A stretch of DNA of 59,306 nt, filler included, from 6 parts of 6 records of this genome joined end to end with filler, not necessarily neighbours in it, one strand, 5' to 3'; positions 9,810 to 19,721 are shown, numbered from the whole stretch's first letter. The notes: generated from the letters alone by a model not told the origin. A program made the numbers and translations.

Positions 9810-12695
9810 TTAAGGCGTCGGTGCGGCGAGTGGATCGAAATCGAGCACTTCGATCGGCACCGGTGGCGGCAAGGGCTCGGCGGCCGTCGAAACGATCGGC
9901 TCTGGCTCCGGACCAAATTGCAACGCGTTTTCGATCCACTTACCCGATGGATCAAGCTGCATCACGCCGAGCTCCCGGAACAGCCGGAGACGCGCGGCAT
10001 AATAGTTTAACCAAGCAGCCAAGAAGCTGTTCTGCGAGTTTTGAAGAGAACTCTGTGCACCTAGCAGGTTGATCGCCGTGGTTGGGTTGATTTGTGGTCG
10101 CGCACCCGGCTGCCCCTGCGGTGGTGGAGTCAACAGAGACAACTGTGTTTGATCCACTCGACGTAGAGCAATTGTGACCGCACGCCGTTGGATCTGAAGC
10201 TGCAACTTTCGCTGCTCTAAAGTCCTTAACAATGCCCTCAGTCCGAGCTGTAGCGCATCCTGCGACTGGATCAAGTTACGACGATTGCGTTGATACACCA
10301 CCAACGCCTCACGGTACCCATTGCGCTCCAGCAATCGGGCAAGCGGTGCATCAAACTCAACTCCCAAGCGTAGGGTGCTTGTCGACGCTCGAAAATCAAC
10401 CGGATTGTTAGTGGCCGTTCCTACGTTTCCGCTGCCCGTGATGCTCAAGTTGGACTGCAGTGCATCGGCGGCCACCTGGATTGCTCGCCATCGATCGACT
10501 AAGGCAGCACGCCCATTCATAAAATCGAGACGGTTGCCAAGCGCGATGTCGAATGCCGTTTCTGGATCCAAGTCAACGTCTTCGACAGTGATAACTTCCA
10601 ATCGCGCCTGCGCTGGCACAAGCGCTAATCGTTCAATCAGCAATCGATAGGGCTGAATCCAAGCGGTCAGGCCTCGAATTGTCTCAGCGCGGGTGGCTGG
10701 CGAGTAGTCGCGACGCAACTGTTCCAGGCGAGCGATGGTTGCGTTCAAGCCCGTACCGCCGAACTCCAAGTCGCTTAACCGTTCCTGCAGCTTAATACGT
10801 TCACGTGCGAATCGAGCCTTCTCTTCATCGTCCATCGACCGCTCTCGGTCGCCGGCTGCCGCTTCCATGCGAGCCGTGTCGGCACGAGCAATCTCAAAGA
10901 CCTCTCGCGACGGCGCAACCAGACGTTCTGCATCCGCTAAAAGCATATCTGGCTCAGACGACAGATTGATTGCTTCGGAACGAGTCTGAAGAACAGCACG
11001 GCTAATCTCTAATATGTCCGACGCCCACTGTGAGTTTTCACGAACGAGCCCTGCAAGGGTTGCATCCAGACCTTCGGTCGCATCGTCAAGTGTCTTTAGG
11101 ATTGCATCGATTCTCTTGGCGGCATCCAACAACTGGACTTGGATCTGCGCCCGCCCCTGACCAGCAGACTCGAAATCGCCTGGAAGCTTGGGAAGCTGTC
11201 TGTTCGCTTCATCAATAATATTCTTGAGCTCGCGAAGAGCTTCATCCGCATCGGCGAAGTCCATCTCCGCCAAACGCGGAAGCTGTTGGGTGAACCCACC
11301 CAGCCGCGTCTGAAGTCTGCTCAGTGCGGCGACATCACCGATGCGTTTCTGCAATTGCACAAGCTCTTCCGAAAGCGCGATCGTCTCCGGTGGAACAAAC
11401 TGGAATTGCCGAACAAGTTCTTCGTCAACATCAATGGGAAGATCCGACGGAAGTCCTAGAATCTGGGTCGTGTAGTTGTCAAGCGCCAGCTCAAGCGCGT
11501 TGGTCTGGTCCAGCAGGTTTGCTCGAGTGTTCTCGATGTTCTGCCGAAACTGATCGACCTGCACGATGTCAATGAAGTCGTTTTCGTATAACGCTTCGAG
11601 TCGGTCGAGCGTACGCAGTTGCAAACGCAGATTGCCTTCGGTGTTGCGAATTTGCTGGGCCTGCTGCAACAGCCCTAGATACCCACCAACTCCACCGAAC
11701 CCCGAGAAAGACTGCAGGTTGGTGGACGGCCCAAATCGCTGCGGACCGGTTACGCCCAGTTCCCCGATGACAATCTGAGTGAAGAATCCTTGGCGAAACT
11801 GACCATACGCACGAAGATTCGCCAGCAAACGGCGTTCGGCCAGCGTCAACTGCTCGAGTGCAACATCGCGTCCAGCACCACGTAAAAGTGGCTGAATGAA
11901 TGAAAAATTGGCCAGCGAGCTCGCGAGCGAAACATCACCACCGGTAAACTCAAACGCAAATGAGTTTGCGAAGCCGACCAAGACTTCACCCGCCGTCGCA
12001 AACCGGCGACTGGCCGATAGAGCATTGGTTTGCGTCAGTCGGTTGGCTTCTGGAGTCGCGAATGGCCCGCTAACGACGTAGCGACCAAGCAGCGGATTGA
12101 AACCAATCGTCGGCTGCGACAAATTTCCTCGGTGGCGATAGTCCAGTGAGTTGCCGCCGAAAAACTGCGTATCGAGCCGGAACCGCTCACCGGTCACATC
12201 CAGCGAAGTTAGGTAGAGCGTTTCGAGCGCATTCTGATTTGCCGGAGAATTGACGTAAGCAAGCCGCACTGCAGAATCAACGTCCAGCTTCACTTCGTTC
12301 TCTGGAGTCAACTCCGTGTATTCGGCTAATCGCACCTTCCACTGCGGATTCTCCAGATCGCTGCGAACTCCGTTGCGTCCCCAGTGCTTCCACCCCTTCT
12401 TGCCATCCACGCAGTGCATGTACTGATGCGAGGCTGGATCATCCATGGGCATCGGTGAACAATCCGGATTGTACGGATCGTAGTACCGACTACGCGGATC
12501 CATATCGATATTTACATCGCTCTGCGACCATCTTGGATCGCCATTCCGCTCCTGAATCGTGCAATAGGCTTCGTTGTCGGCTGCGAGCCGATGCTGCGTC
12601 TGAGTACAACCACCAAAGGGTTGGATGAGCATTGCTAGCAAGCTGATTCGCCGCAATCGCTTGCTAAGGCGAGACCGCTTCGATCGAATTTTCAT
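9810..12695 (-). CDS. Large TolC-family outer membrane lipoprotein (Planctomycete type)
   Basis: Basic N-terminus and lipobox-like FGGC; two OEP-like halves (QPLLRGAGRDV..., GVEFDAPL..ERNGYR); sits upstream of MFP/ABC genes; start ATG 12695 or GTG 12704. Confidence 0.8.
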   Translation of the reverse strand: MKIRSKRSRLSKRLRRISLLAMLIQPFGGCTQTQHRLAADNEAYCTIQERNGDPRWSQSDVNIDMDPRSRYYDPYNPDCSPMPMDDPASHQYMHCVDGKKGWKHWGRNGVRSDLENPQWKVRLAEYTELTPENEVKLDVDSAVRLAYVNSPANQNALETLYLTSLDVTGERFRLDTQFFGGNSLDYRHRGNLSQPTIGFNPLLGRYVVSGPFATPEANRLTQTNALSASRRFATAGEVLVGFANSFAFEFTGGDVSLASSLANFSFIQPLLRGAGRDVALEQLTLAERRLLANLRAYGQFRQGFFTQIVIGELGVTGPQRFGPSTNLQSFSGFGGVGGYLGLLQQAQQIRNTEGNLRLQLRTLDRLEALYENDFIDIVQVDQFRQNIENTRANLLDQTNALELALDNYTTQILGLPSDLPIDVDEELVRQFQFVPPETIALSEELVQLQKRIGDVAALSRLQTRLGGFTQQLPRLAEMDFADADEALRELKNIIDEANRQLPKLPGDFESAGQGRAQIQVQLLDAAKRIDAILKTLDDATEGLDATLAGLVRENSQWASDILEISRAVLQTRSEAINLSSEPDMLLADAERLVAPSREVFEIARADTARMEAAAGDRERSMDDEEKARFARERIKLQERLSDLEFGGTGLNATIARLEQLRRDYSPATRAETIRGLTAWIQPYRLLIERLALVPAQARLEVITVEDVDLDPETAFDIALGNRLDFMNGRAALVDRWRAIQVAADALQSNLSITGSGNVGTATNNPVDFRASTSTLRLGVEFDAPLARLLERNGYREALVVYQRNRRNLIQSQDALQLGLRALLRTLEQRKLQLQIQRRAVTIALRRVDQTQLSLLTPPPQGQPGARPQINPTTAINLLGAQSSLQNSQNSFLAAWLNYYAARLRLFRELGVMQLDPSGKWIENALQFGPEPEPIVSTAAEPLPPPVPIEVLDFDPLAAPTP

Positions 12696-13409
12696 CACAA
12701 ACACCCCTGCACCGCCCTACACAACCTGAAGGCCGCCTTTAGCGGTCTTTCCGTATGATCGCGATTTGCGATCCTTGGCTGCTGCTTGGGTTGTTATCGT
12801 TACTCGGGTGGCACCACCGGCAACGTTTGTACCCCCCGTGGCCTTACCAGAATATTCGGCAAACTCCAACAAATGGCCGTTCGAGAGAAGCTCAAGACTC
12901 GTTCTGCATCATTTGAGAGAGCTCAATCCGACGCGACAGGCCCTAGAGATTTTCAATAGGTCGCGCGGCGTCCGTCTAATAGTCCAAGCGATACAATGTA
13001 CTAGCCGATCGTCGCATGAATCGGTTAGGGTCGTCGCCGCTCTCCGCCTTTGTGGCGTCGGCCCGCTTTTCTATAGTTTTTAGGAAGGCGTCGCGGTGGC
13101 CGCAGCGAAAGCACACTCACCTGCACCCAGGTTCGCAGGTTTGCAAATGCCTCACGGAGGCATTCTTCTGCTTGCTACGCCCATTTACTCTTGCGAAACT
13201 GCACAGAACGAACGAGATGCCTGTGCCCTGCACGACTCTTCGCTGTAGCTTTGTGCCTCCGTGAGAGACATTCTTATCCGATCCGGCCTATACGCGCTGA
13301 AGCCCGGTCGCTGACGCGTCGCGGCTCACTGGACTATGCCCTAGAGCGCTTCCAATTCGGATGTAGCGTTTCTGCGCCAATTTGAGTCAGCTATTCATTG
13401 GGTGTAGCA

Positions 13410-13509
13410 NNNNNNNNNNNNNNNNNNNNNNNNNNNNNNNNNNNNNNNNNNNNTTAATTAATTAANNNNNNNNNNNNNNNNNNNNNNNNNNNNNNNNNNN
13501 NNNNNNNNN
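13410..13509. other. Artificial contig linker
   Basis: 44 N + TTAATTAATTAA + 44 N. Confidence 0.99.
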
Positions 13510-13510
13510 G

Positions 13511-14383
13511 ATCGTGGCGGACATCCATTTCCACTACAAGCGCGGCATCGAAGCCGCCGATGCGGGCGCGGCCTGCCTGCGCATCAATCCCGGCAATATC
13601 GGATCAGAAGCCCGCGTGAGGGAAGTCGTCGCGGCGGCCCGCGCAAATGGCTGCTCCATCCGGATCGGCGTGAATGGCGGCAGCCTGGAACGCCACCTCC
13701 TGGAAAAATACGGCGAGCCGTGCCCGGATGCGATGGTGGAGAGCGCGCTCGACCATGCCCGCATCCTCGATGATCTCGGCTTCCACGAATACAAGATTTC
13801 GGTGAAGGCCTCCGACATGTTCCTCACTGTCGCGGCCTACCAGCAACTGGCCGAAGCGACGGATGCGCCACTGCACCTCGGTATCACGGAGGCAGGCGGC
13901 CTTCGTACGGGGACGGTCAAATCTTCCATCGGGATGGGCGCGCTGCTCTGGGCCGGTATTGGTGACACGATCCGCGTGTCGCTGTCTGCCGATCCGGTGG
14001 AAGAGGTGAAAGTCGGCTTCGAAATGCTGAAGTCGGTGGGCCTGCGCACGCGCGGCGTGAACATTGTGGCGTGCCCCAGCTGCGCGCGGCAAGGTTTCGA
14101 CGTCATCAAGACGGTCGAGATCCTGGAACAGCGCCTGTCGCATATTCATGAGCCGATCTCGCTGTCCATCATCGGCTGTGTCGTGAATGGCCCGGGCGAA
14201 GCGGCGCTGACCGATCTCGGCTTCACCGGCGGCGGCAAGGAAAGCGGTAAGATGTTCGTGGCCGGACGGCCGGATCACAATGTCTCCAATGCCGACATGA
14301 TCGAGCACATCGTCGAACTGGTCGAACAAAAGGCCGAACGCATGCGCGCCGAACGGGAAGAGGCAGACGTCGCAGCGGAGTAA
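13511..14383 (+). CDS. ispG: (E)-4-hydroxy-3-methylbut-2-enyl-diphosphate synthase, 5'-truncated
   Basis: [40 protein letters not shown] motifs. Confidence 0.97.
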   Translation: MVADIHFHYKRGIEAADAGAACLRINPGNIGSEARVREVVAAARANGCSIRIGVNGGSLERHLLEKYGEPCPDAMVESALDHARILDDLGFHEYKISVKASDMFLTVAAYQQLAEATDAPLHLGITEAGGLRTGTVKSSIGMGALLWAGIGDTIRVSLSADPVEEVKVGFEMLKSVGLRTRGVNIVACPSCARQGFDVIKTVEILEQRLSHIHEPISLSIIGCVVNGPGEAALTDLGFTGGGKESGKMFVAGRPDHNVSNADMIEHIVELVEQKAERMRAEREEADVAAE

Positions 14384-14386
14384 TCG

Positions 14387-14920
14387 CTAGAGGGGTTTGC
14401 AGCTGCTGTCCGGCACCAGCGCGGCGGCGGCATCATAGGCCTCCTGCGTGGCCGCCAACCGTCGGACGAGGGCCAGAGCCTCAGGCCGTTTCACACGAAC
14501 GATTTCGGCGGAACCCATTTCCGGAACCGCTTGCCCATCCATCGCGACGACGACCCGCCGCACAATCGGTGTGCCGGAGGCGCGGGCGTCGAGTGAGCCG
14601 GCATAGACATTGTCCGTTGTCGCGGCGAACACCGACAGGGAGCCATAGTCCGGCCAGGCGGGCGCGGTCAGCTCGACCGGTCCGGATGACAGGTCGATCA
14701 GGCAAATGGTGTAGGCGAGGTCTGGCGCGGGGCGCACCACCGTCTGCGTCTCCGGGCTGGTGCGCGGGCTCATCCGCCAGACGTTCTCCGTCAGGCCGCC
14801 TTCCATCATCCGGTCACGGACTTTGGTCATGATCTTGCCGGGCAGGGCGTTCAGCACGACGAAGTGCGCCAGAGCGCCGGTGAGCAGAAACGCGGCCAGA
14901 CCTGTCAGGAAACTTTTCAT
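14387..14920 (-). CDS. DUF1254-like protein
   Basis: VVRPAPDLAYTICLIDLSSGPV motif; N-terminal TM; overlaps the DUF1214 gene by ATGA. Confidence 0.7.
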   Translation of the reverse strand: MKSFLTGLAAFLLTGALAHFVVLNALPGKIMTKVRDRMMEGGLTENVWRMSPRTSPETQTVVRPAPDLAYTICLIDLSSGPVELTAPAWPDYGSLSVFAATTDNVYAGSLDARASGTPIVRRVVVAMDGQAVPEMGSAEIVRVKRPEALALVRRLAATQEAYDAAAALVPDSSCKPL

Positions 14921-15522
14921 GATCCTTGCCCTGCGCAGGAGACCCGCTCGATTTTAGGCGGCGGAAGCGTTGCTTCCGGATCGGCCAGCAGGGCCGGTGA
15001 CGGCTTGTAGAGACGCAGGGTCAGGTCGAAATCCCCGGCAGCGCGGCTGGAGACCCAGCCGCCTTCAACTGGACGCTGAGCAGAAACGGTAAAGGCCCAT
15101 TCCTCCGCACTGCCTTCAGCGGCGGCTTCCGTCAGATCGTAGGAAAGCGCATCGTCGGTGTTGGGCGGAAGGCGGCTGTCCCCGTCATAGAGGGTGACGG
15201 ACCACCAGAGCGCCGGCATGGCCGTGCCGCTGACCCGGTAGGTGCAGGCTTCCTTCAATGGCGTGCCGTCCTGATCCACCGCCCGCGTGAAATAGACGGC
15301 TTCCTCCTTCGTCAGGGCCAGCAGACCGTGGCGGGCTATGCGGGCGCGCGTCCATGGATTCGCGGTGGTGGAGCCAATGGTCCAGTCGCTTTGCCAGTTC
15401 TCGACGTCGACACCGCCGGAAAGCCGCACGCCGGACCCGACCATGCCTGCCATCACAAAGGCGGACGCGGCACCCGCGGCGAGGCCGAGGATGCCGCCAA
15501 TCAGAAGAGGAGCCAGTTTCAT
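14917..15522 (-). CDS. DUF1214-like protein
   Basis: EAVYF..DQDG..L, WWSVTLY, FDLTLRLYKP motifs. Confidence 0.8.
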   Translation of the reverse strand: MKLAPLLIGGILGLAAGAASAFVMAGMVGSGVRLSGGVDVENWQSDWTIGSTTANPWTRARIARHGLLALTKEEAVYFTRAVDQDGTPLKEACTYRVSGTAMPALWWSVTLYDGDSRLPPNTDDALSYDLTEAAAEGSAEEWAFTVSAQRPVEGGWVSSRAAGDFDLTLRLYKPSPALLADPEATLPPPKIERVSCAGQGS

Positions 15523-15588
15523 CCCGGCAAGCTAGCGGCCCCATCCTGCCGGGCAAGCATATTCTGGCCGCCAGATCCTGTTCTGCTC

Positions 15589-16794
15589 CTATTCTGCCGG
15601 GACAGCCACGCGCCGGGCCTTGATCATCGGTTTCAGGCCGAACAGAGGCCGCAGGAAGCCGATGCGGCGGATGACCAGTTCGTGCAGCAGGGCGCAGCCG
15701 CCGAATGTGGCGAGGATCACCAGCGGCACCTCGACCGAGACACTGAGGCCCTGACGGGTCAGCCAGTAGCCGGCCATGACCGTGATCGTCTGGTGCAGGA
15801 TGTACCAGGGGAAGATTGCCTCGGTCATGTAGGTGAGTGCGCGGCTGGGGCGGTTCAGGTAGCGCTGAGCAAGGCCGAGCATGGAAACAATGGCCAGCCA
15901 GGCGTAGAAGATCCGTGCGATACGGGCTGGCCAGACCAGCCAGTTCCAGTCGGCGCTTTCGGCCATGGCGTCCCAGTTCGCCCAGAGCGGGGTGAGCACG
16001 GCGCCCAGAACCAGCACGCCGGTGATGGAGAAAGGCAGGACCCGGCGGATGGCGCTCCAGAAATTCCGGTCCTTGGCCAGCAGGAAGCCCATCAGAAGGA
16101 TGGTCAGGCTGTGGGCATGATTGGCCCAGTCATTCGTCAGGTCATGCGTCGTCCGGAAATAGGGGTCGAGCGTGAAGCGGTAGAGGATGAAGGGCATCAC
16201 CGGCAGGACCAGCGCGACAAGCGGCCCCCAGCGGTCAGCGAACAGGAATTCGGTCATGCGCGCACCGGTGCCGGTCATGAACCGGGCCAGCAGCGCAGCG
16301 ACCGGGGCCAGCATCAGCGTGTAGACCAGCAGGTAGACGACGTACCAGAGGTGGTTCCACGTCGGGGTCGTGATGGAGAAATCGGACCCGAAATCGAGAT
16401 ATTGCGGCCAGAACTGCCAGAAGCTGCCCGAGAATTCCCCGCTCTCCACCAGCTGCAGCCAGCTCTGCGGCGCCACGATGACAATCATGCCGAACAGGAT
16501 GGGCAGGCCGAGCCGGACGGCGCGTTCCCGCGCGAGTTTCGATCCGCCGAGCTTGTCCGCCGCGAAGCGCAGCGCAACGCCGGAGATGAAGAAGAGGAGG
16601 GCGAGGCGCCAGGGGTTCAGCAACATCATCGCCCACTCGGCAGCCGGGCCGACATGCACGCTTTTCACGTGCCAGTCCCACGTCACGTAGAACATGCCGG
16701 TGTGGTAGAAGATGAGCAGGCCGAACGCGATGATGCGCAACCAGTCAAGGTCGTAACGGCGGGGGAAGGCGGGGGCCTTGGGCGGTGCGGGCAT
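15589..16794 (-). CDS. Membrane acyltransferase family 3 (OpgC/MdoC-like)
   Basis: RRYDLDWLR, LLFFISG, HLWYVVYL, multiple TM; ATG 16794 with AAGGAG RBS. Confidence 0.9.
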   Translation of the reverse strand: MPAPPKAPAFPRRYDLDWLRIIAFGLLIFYHTGMFYVTWDWHVKSVHVGPAAEWAMMLLNPWRLALLFFISGVALRFAADKLGGSKLARERAVRLGLPILFGMIVIVAPQSWLQLVESGEFSGSFWQFWPQYLDFGSDFSITTPTWNHLWYVVYLLVYTLMLAPVAALLARFMTGTGARMTEFLFADRWGPLVALVLPVMPFILYRFTLDPYFRTTHDLTNDWANHAHSLTILLMGFLLAKDRNFWSAIRRVLPFSITGVLVLGAVLTPLWANWDAMAESADWNWLVWPARIARIFYAWLAIVSMLGLAQRYLNRPSRALTYMTEAIFPWYILHQTITVMAGYWLTRQGLSVSVEVPLVILATFGGCALLHELVIRRIGFLRPLFGLKPMIKARRVAVPAE

Positions 16795-16875
16795 GGCAAA
16801 CTCCTTGTCTCTGGAGCGCACACTGCCGCTGGCCCTGTGGCACGTCAGCTGGGACGGGCTATGGGGTGGACCGGT

Positions 16876-16927
16876 GGGACAAACGGCCCGTCCCCGGGAC
16901 GAACGGCGGCACTGAGGGATGAAATTC
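16876..16927. promoter_or_regulatory. Putative LytTR operator: three direct repeats GGGA(C/T)RAA at 20-bp period
   Basis: GGGACAAACGGC 16876, GGGACGAACGGC 16896, GGGATGAAATTC 16916, between the divergent acyltransferase and LytTR genes. Confidence 0.6.
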
Positions 16928-16975
16928 TGCCGTTTGCCTTCCGGTTCTCACGAGGAATGTGGCAGGAGTGGCGAG

Positions 16976-17812
16976 ATGAATGCGCCGACTCGCCACCCCG
17001 AGACCGAAGCCGACCGTGAGGCAGACCGCTGGGCCTTGGCGGGCTTTGTCGTCTTTATGCTGGCTTCATTCGTGATCCAGGCGACCTCGATCCAGCTGGA
17101 GGACCGGCATGCCCGGCTGGAGCCATGGGTGCGGGAGGGGGCATCGCATCTCTCCCTTCTGTGCCTCGTTCCGTTCTTTCCCCGCATCCTGGACATTGCG
17201 CCGCTGTCGCTGCGGCGCTGGCGCTGGTCTGTGCCGGTTCATCTTGTTGCTTGCTTCGGTTTTACCGTGCTTCATGTGCTTGGCTTCGTCCTGCTGCGAA
17301 AGCTGACCTATCCGCTGGTCCTGGATCACACCTACACATTCGGCCTCTCCGATCCGATCAACTGGATCTATGAGGGGCGCAAGGACGCTTATGGCTATGG
17401 CATCACGATGCTGACCTTCGCGCTGGCCCGCATGGCGATGCAGAACAGGCTCGAATCCCGCGCCGTGGATGAAGTGGCTTCGCGCGAGCAGCGCCTGATG
17501 CTGAAATCCGGCGGGCGGACCATCATGCTGAATGCCGGGGACGTCATCCATGCCAGGGCCGCGGGAAACTATGTCGAGGTGAGCACGGCCGGAAAGACGC
17601 ATCTGGTCCGTATGACGCTGACAGAACTGGAACGTCTACTGGAGGAGACCGGCGGTCACCATGTGCGCGTCCACAGATCTCACATAGTCAATCTTGATCA
17701 TGCCATGGTCATCAAGCCGACAGGGGAAGGGGATGCGGTGATCGAGCTCGATACTGGCGAAACCGTGCCGGGGTCCCGCCGCTACCGGGACCGTTATGCG
17801 CAAACCGCATAA
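16976..17812 (+). CDS. Membrane-anchored LytTR-family DNA-binding regulator
   Basis: N-terminal TM helices; C-terminal AAGNYVEV...RVHRSHIVN...SRRYR LytTR domain; ATG 16976 with AGGAG RBS. Confidence 0.9.
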   Translation: MNAPTRHPETEADREADRWALAGFVVFMLASFVIQATSIQLEDRHARLEPWVREGASHLSLLCLVPFFPRILDIAPLSLRRWRWSVPVHLVACFGFTVLHVLGFVLLRKLTYPLVLDHTYTFGLSDPINWIYEGRKDAYGYGITMLTFALARMAMQNRLESRAVDEVASREQRLMLKSGGRTIMLNAGDVIHARAAGNYVEVSTAGKTHLVRMTLTELERLLEETGGHHVRVHRSHIVNLDHAMVIKPTGEGDAVIELDTGETVPGSRRYRDRYAQTA

Positions 17813-17898
17813 GCACTATTTCGTGAGGGGACTGGCCCGGACGGTGAATATTGGTAAGGGTCGCCAGTGGTGAGGCAGTTCATGAATACAGGTAATCT

Positions 17899-19185
17899 AT
17901 GATCCGCCCTATACTCTGGTTCCTCGCCCGTCTGCCGCTTCTCGTGCTGATCCTTGTCCTGGCGCTCGTCATGTCGAGCTGCACCATGCTGGGCATGAAT
18001 TATGCGAGCCTCGATACCGACAACAAGCCCGCCCCAGTGCCTGCGCTGGACCTGCCCTCGATCACGGCGGAAGGCAGTCCGCAGCGCGAGGCGCTGAAGC
18101 AGAAATTCGAGGACGTGCTCTACGGTCCATGGCCCGCCGGCATGCCGGTCAGCTTTGGCGACTGGCAGATGATCGACCCGGAATATCTGGATGGACGCGG
18201 CACGCTGGAAGAAGTGGAAATCACCATCGGCAGTGGCGATGGTGCCCGGACATTTACCCTCGTCGCCGCCTTCCCGAAGGCATCGGGACCGGTACCCATC
18301 GTCATCAGCCAGACCTTTGCCGACACGTGCTCCGTTTTCCCGGACGAGCCGGTCACCAATGCCGAAGGGCAGGTCTGTGACGGCGGCATGATGGAAGGCT
18401 TCCCCGGCTGGGCAGCAACGCAGATTTTCGGCACCTATATCGCGCTTGCCCCCGTCGAACGGTATTTCGATGCCGGGCTCGCCTATGCGAGTTTCTATGC
18501 TTCCGATTTCGTGCCGGATAGCCGCAAGAAGGCTCCGCCGACCATGGCTGCGCTTGGCGGGCCGGTGAACCCGACATCCGCCCTGATGGCATGGGCCTAC
18601 AGCTTCTCCGCTGCTGTTGACGTGCTGGATGCCGATCCGCGCATCGATCCGAGGGGCATTGGCGTGATGGGGCATTCCCGGCACGGCAAGTCGGCCCTGA
18701 TTGCAGCGGTCTGGGACCGGCGCATTGCCGCGGTCGTGGCGCACCAGTCAGGCTTTGCAGGCGCCTCCTTGTCGCGGTCGCGGACCGGTGAGCGCCTTGA
18801 TCGGATGGCAAAAGCCTATCCGCACTGGCTGGCGCCCGAAGCACAGGACTGGATCGACCGCCTGGAGGACATCCCCGTGGAGCAGCACGAATTTCTGGCG
18901 CTGGTCGCGCCGACGCCGGTTCTGCTGGGCAATGGCCGCCGCGATGTCTGGTCTGACCCCAATTCCTCCTTCCGGGCTGCAGAGGCGGCAAGTGCAGCCT
19001 ATGAAGCGACCGGGCATGCCGGTCTGACAGCGTCCGGCATGCGGGATTTCGATCCGGCAGCAGGGATTTCCTGGTGGCTGCGCCCCGGCGGGCACAGCGT
19101 GGTGTCGGAGGATATCGACGCTTTCACGGTGTTCCTGCACACGCACCTCGTCGGGGAAGGCGCCTCACAATACGCTGTTCACTAA
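17899..19185 (+). CDS. Alpha/beta hydrolase, CE15 glucuronoyl-esterase-like, probable lipoprotein
   Basis: Nucleophile motif GHSRHGK, HQSGFAGA, HEFLALVAP, DVWSDP, RPGGH; lipobox-like MSSC. Confidence 0.8.
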   Translation: MIRPILWFLARLPLLVLILVLALVMSSCTMLGMNYASLDTDNKPAPVPALDLPSITAEGSPQREALKQKFEDVLYGPWPAGMPVSFGDWQMIDPEYLDGRGTLEEVEITIGSGDGARTFTLVAAFPKASGPVPIVISQTFADTCSVFPDEPVTNAEGQVCDGGMMEGFPGWAATQIFGTYIALAPVERYFDAGLAYASFYASDFVPDSRKKAPPTMAALGGPVNPTSALMAWAYSFSAAVDVLDADPRIDPRGIGVMGHSRHGKSALIAAVWDRRIAAVVAHQSGFAGASLSRSRTGERLDRMAKAYPHWLAPEAQDWIDRLEDIPVEQHEFLALVAPTPVLLGNGRRDVWSDPNSSFRAAEAASAAYEATGHAGLTASGMRDFDPAAGISWWLRPGGHSVVSEDIDAFTVFLHTHLVGEGASQYAVH

Positions 19186-19234
19186 AGGCAAAGCGCAGTA
19201 AGCGTAAGAAAAACAGTGCTTAGGGAGGGCACCC

Positions 19235-19669
19235 ATGCCAATCAATGTTGAATTTCTTTACCCTGTTCTCGCCCTTGTGGTGTGGACGCTTGTCATGTGG
19301 CTGTGGATGTATGCGACGCGTATTCCGGCGATGCAGAAAGCGCAGATCAATCCTGACGAAGCGCGCCATCCCGGCACCTATGTCGACAGGATGCCGGCGA
19401 ACGTCCGGTCGGTGGCCGACAATTACAACCACTTGCACGAACAGCCGACGATCTTCTACGCCCTCATGTTCTTTGCCGCGCTGACCGGCGGGGGCGATCA
19501 TGTCGCGACCTACCTCGCCTGGGCCTATGTCGGCCTGCGGGTGGTGCATTCCTTCGTGCAGATCCTGTCACCGAAAGTGGCGCTGCGCTTCATGATGTTC
19601 GCGCTTGGCTCGCTGACGCTGTTCATCCTGGCTGGCAAGGAAGTGGTCCGCATCCTTACGCTGGCATAG
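19235..19669 (+). CDS. MAPEG family membrane protein
   Basis: [13 protein letters not shown] and YVGLRVVHS motifs. Confidence 0.88.
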   Translation: MPINVEFLYPVLALVVWTLVMWLWMYATRIPAMQKAQINPDEARHPGTYVDRMPANVRSVADNYNHLHEQPTIFYALMFFAALTGGGDHVATYLAWAYVGLRVVHSFVQILSPKVALRFMMFALGSLTLFILAGKEVVRILTLA

Positions 19670-19721
19670 AACCGCCGGAAGGGGCTTACCAGTTGCCGTA
19701 AACGGCTCTAGAGAAGCCGCC

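Noticed and set aside
13454..13465. TTAATTAATTAA as a biological motif or repeat
   Set aside because: It is embedded in N-runs five times and gives stops in all frames, so it is a synthetic spacer
15328..17019. 563-aa plus-strand ORF
   Set aside because: Antisense shadow of the acyltransferase in GC-rich DNA; no motifs
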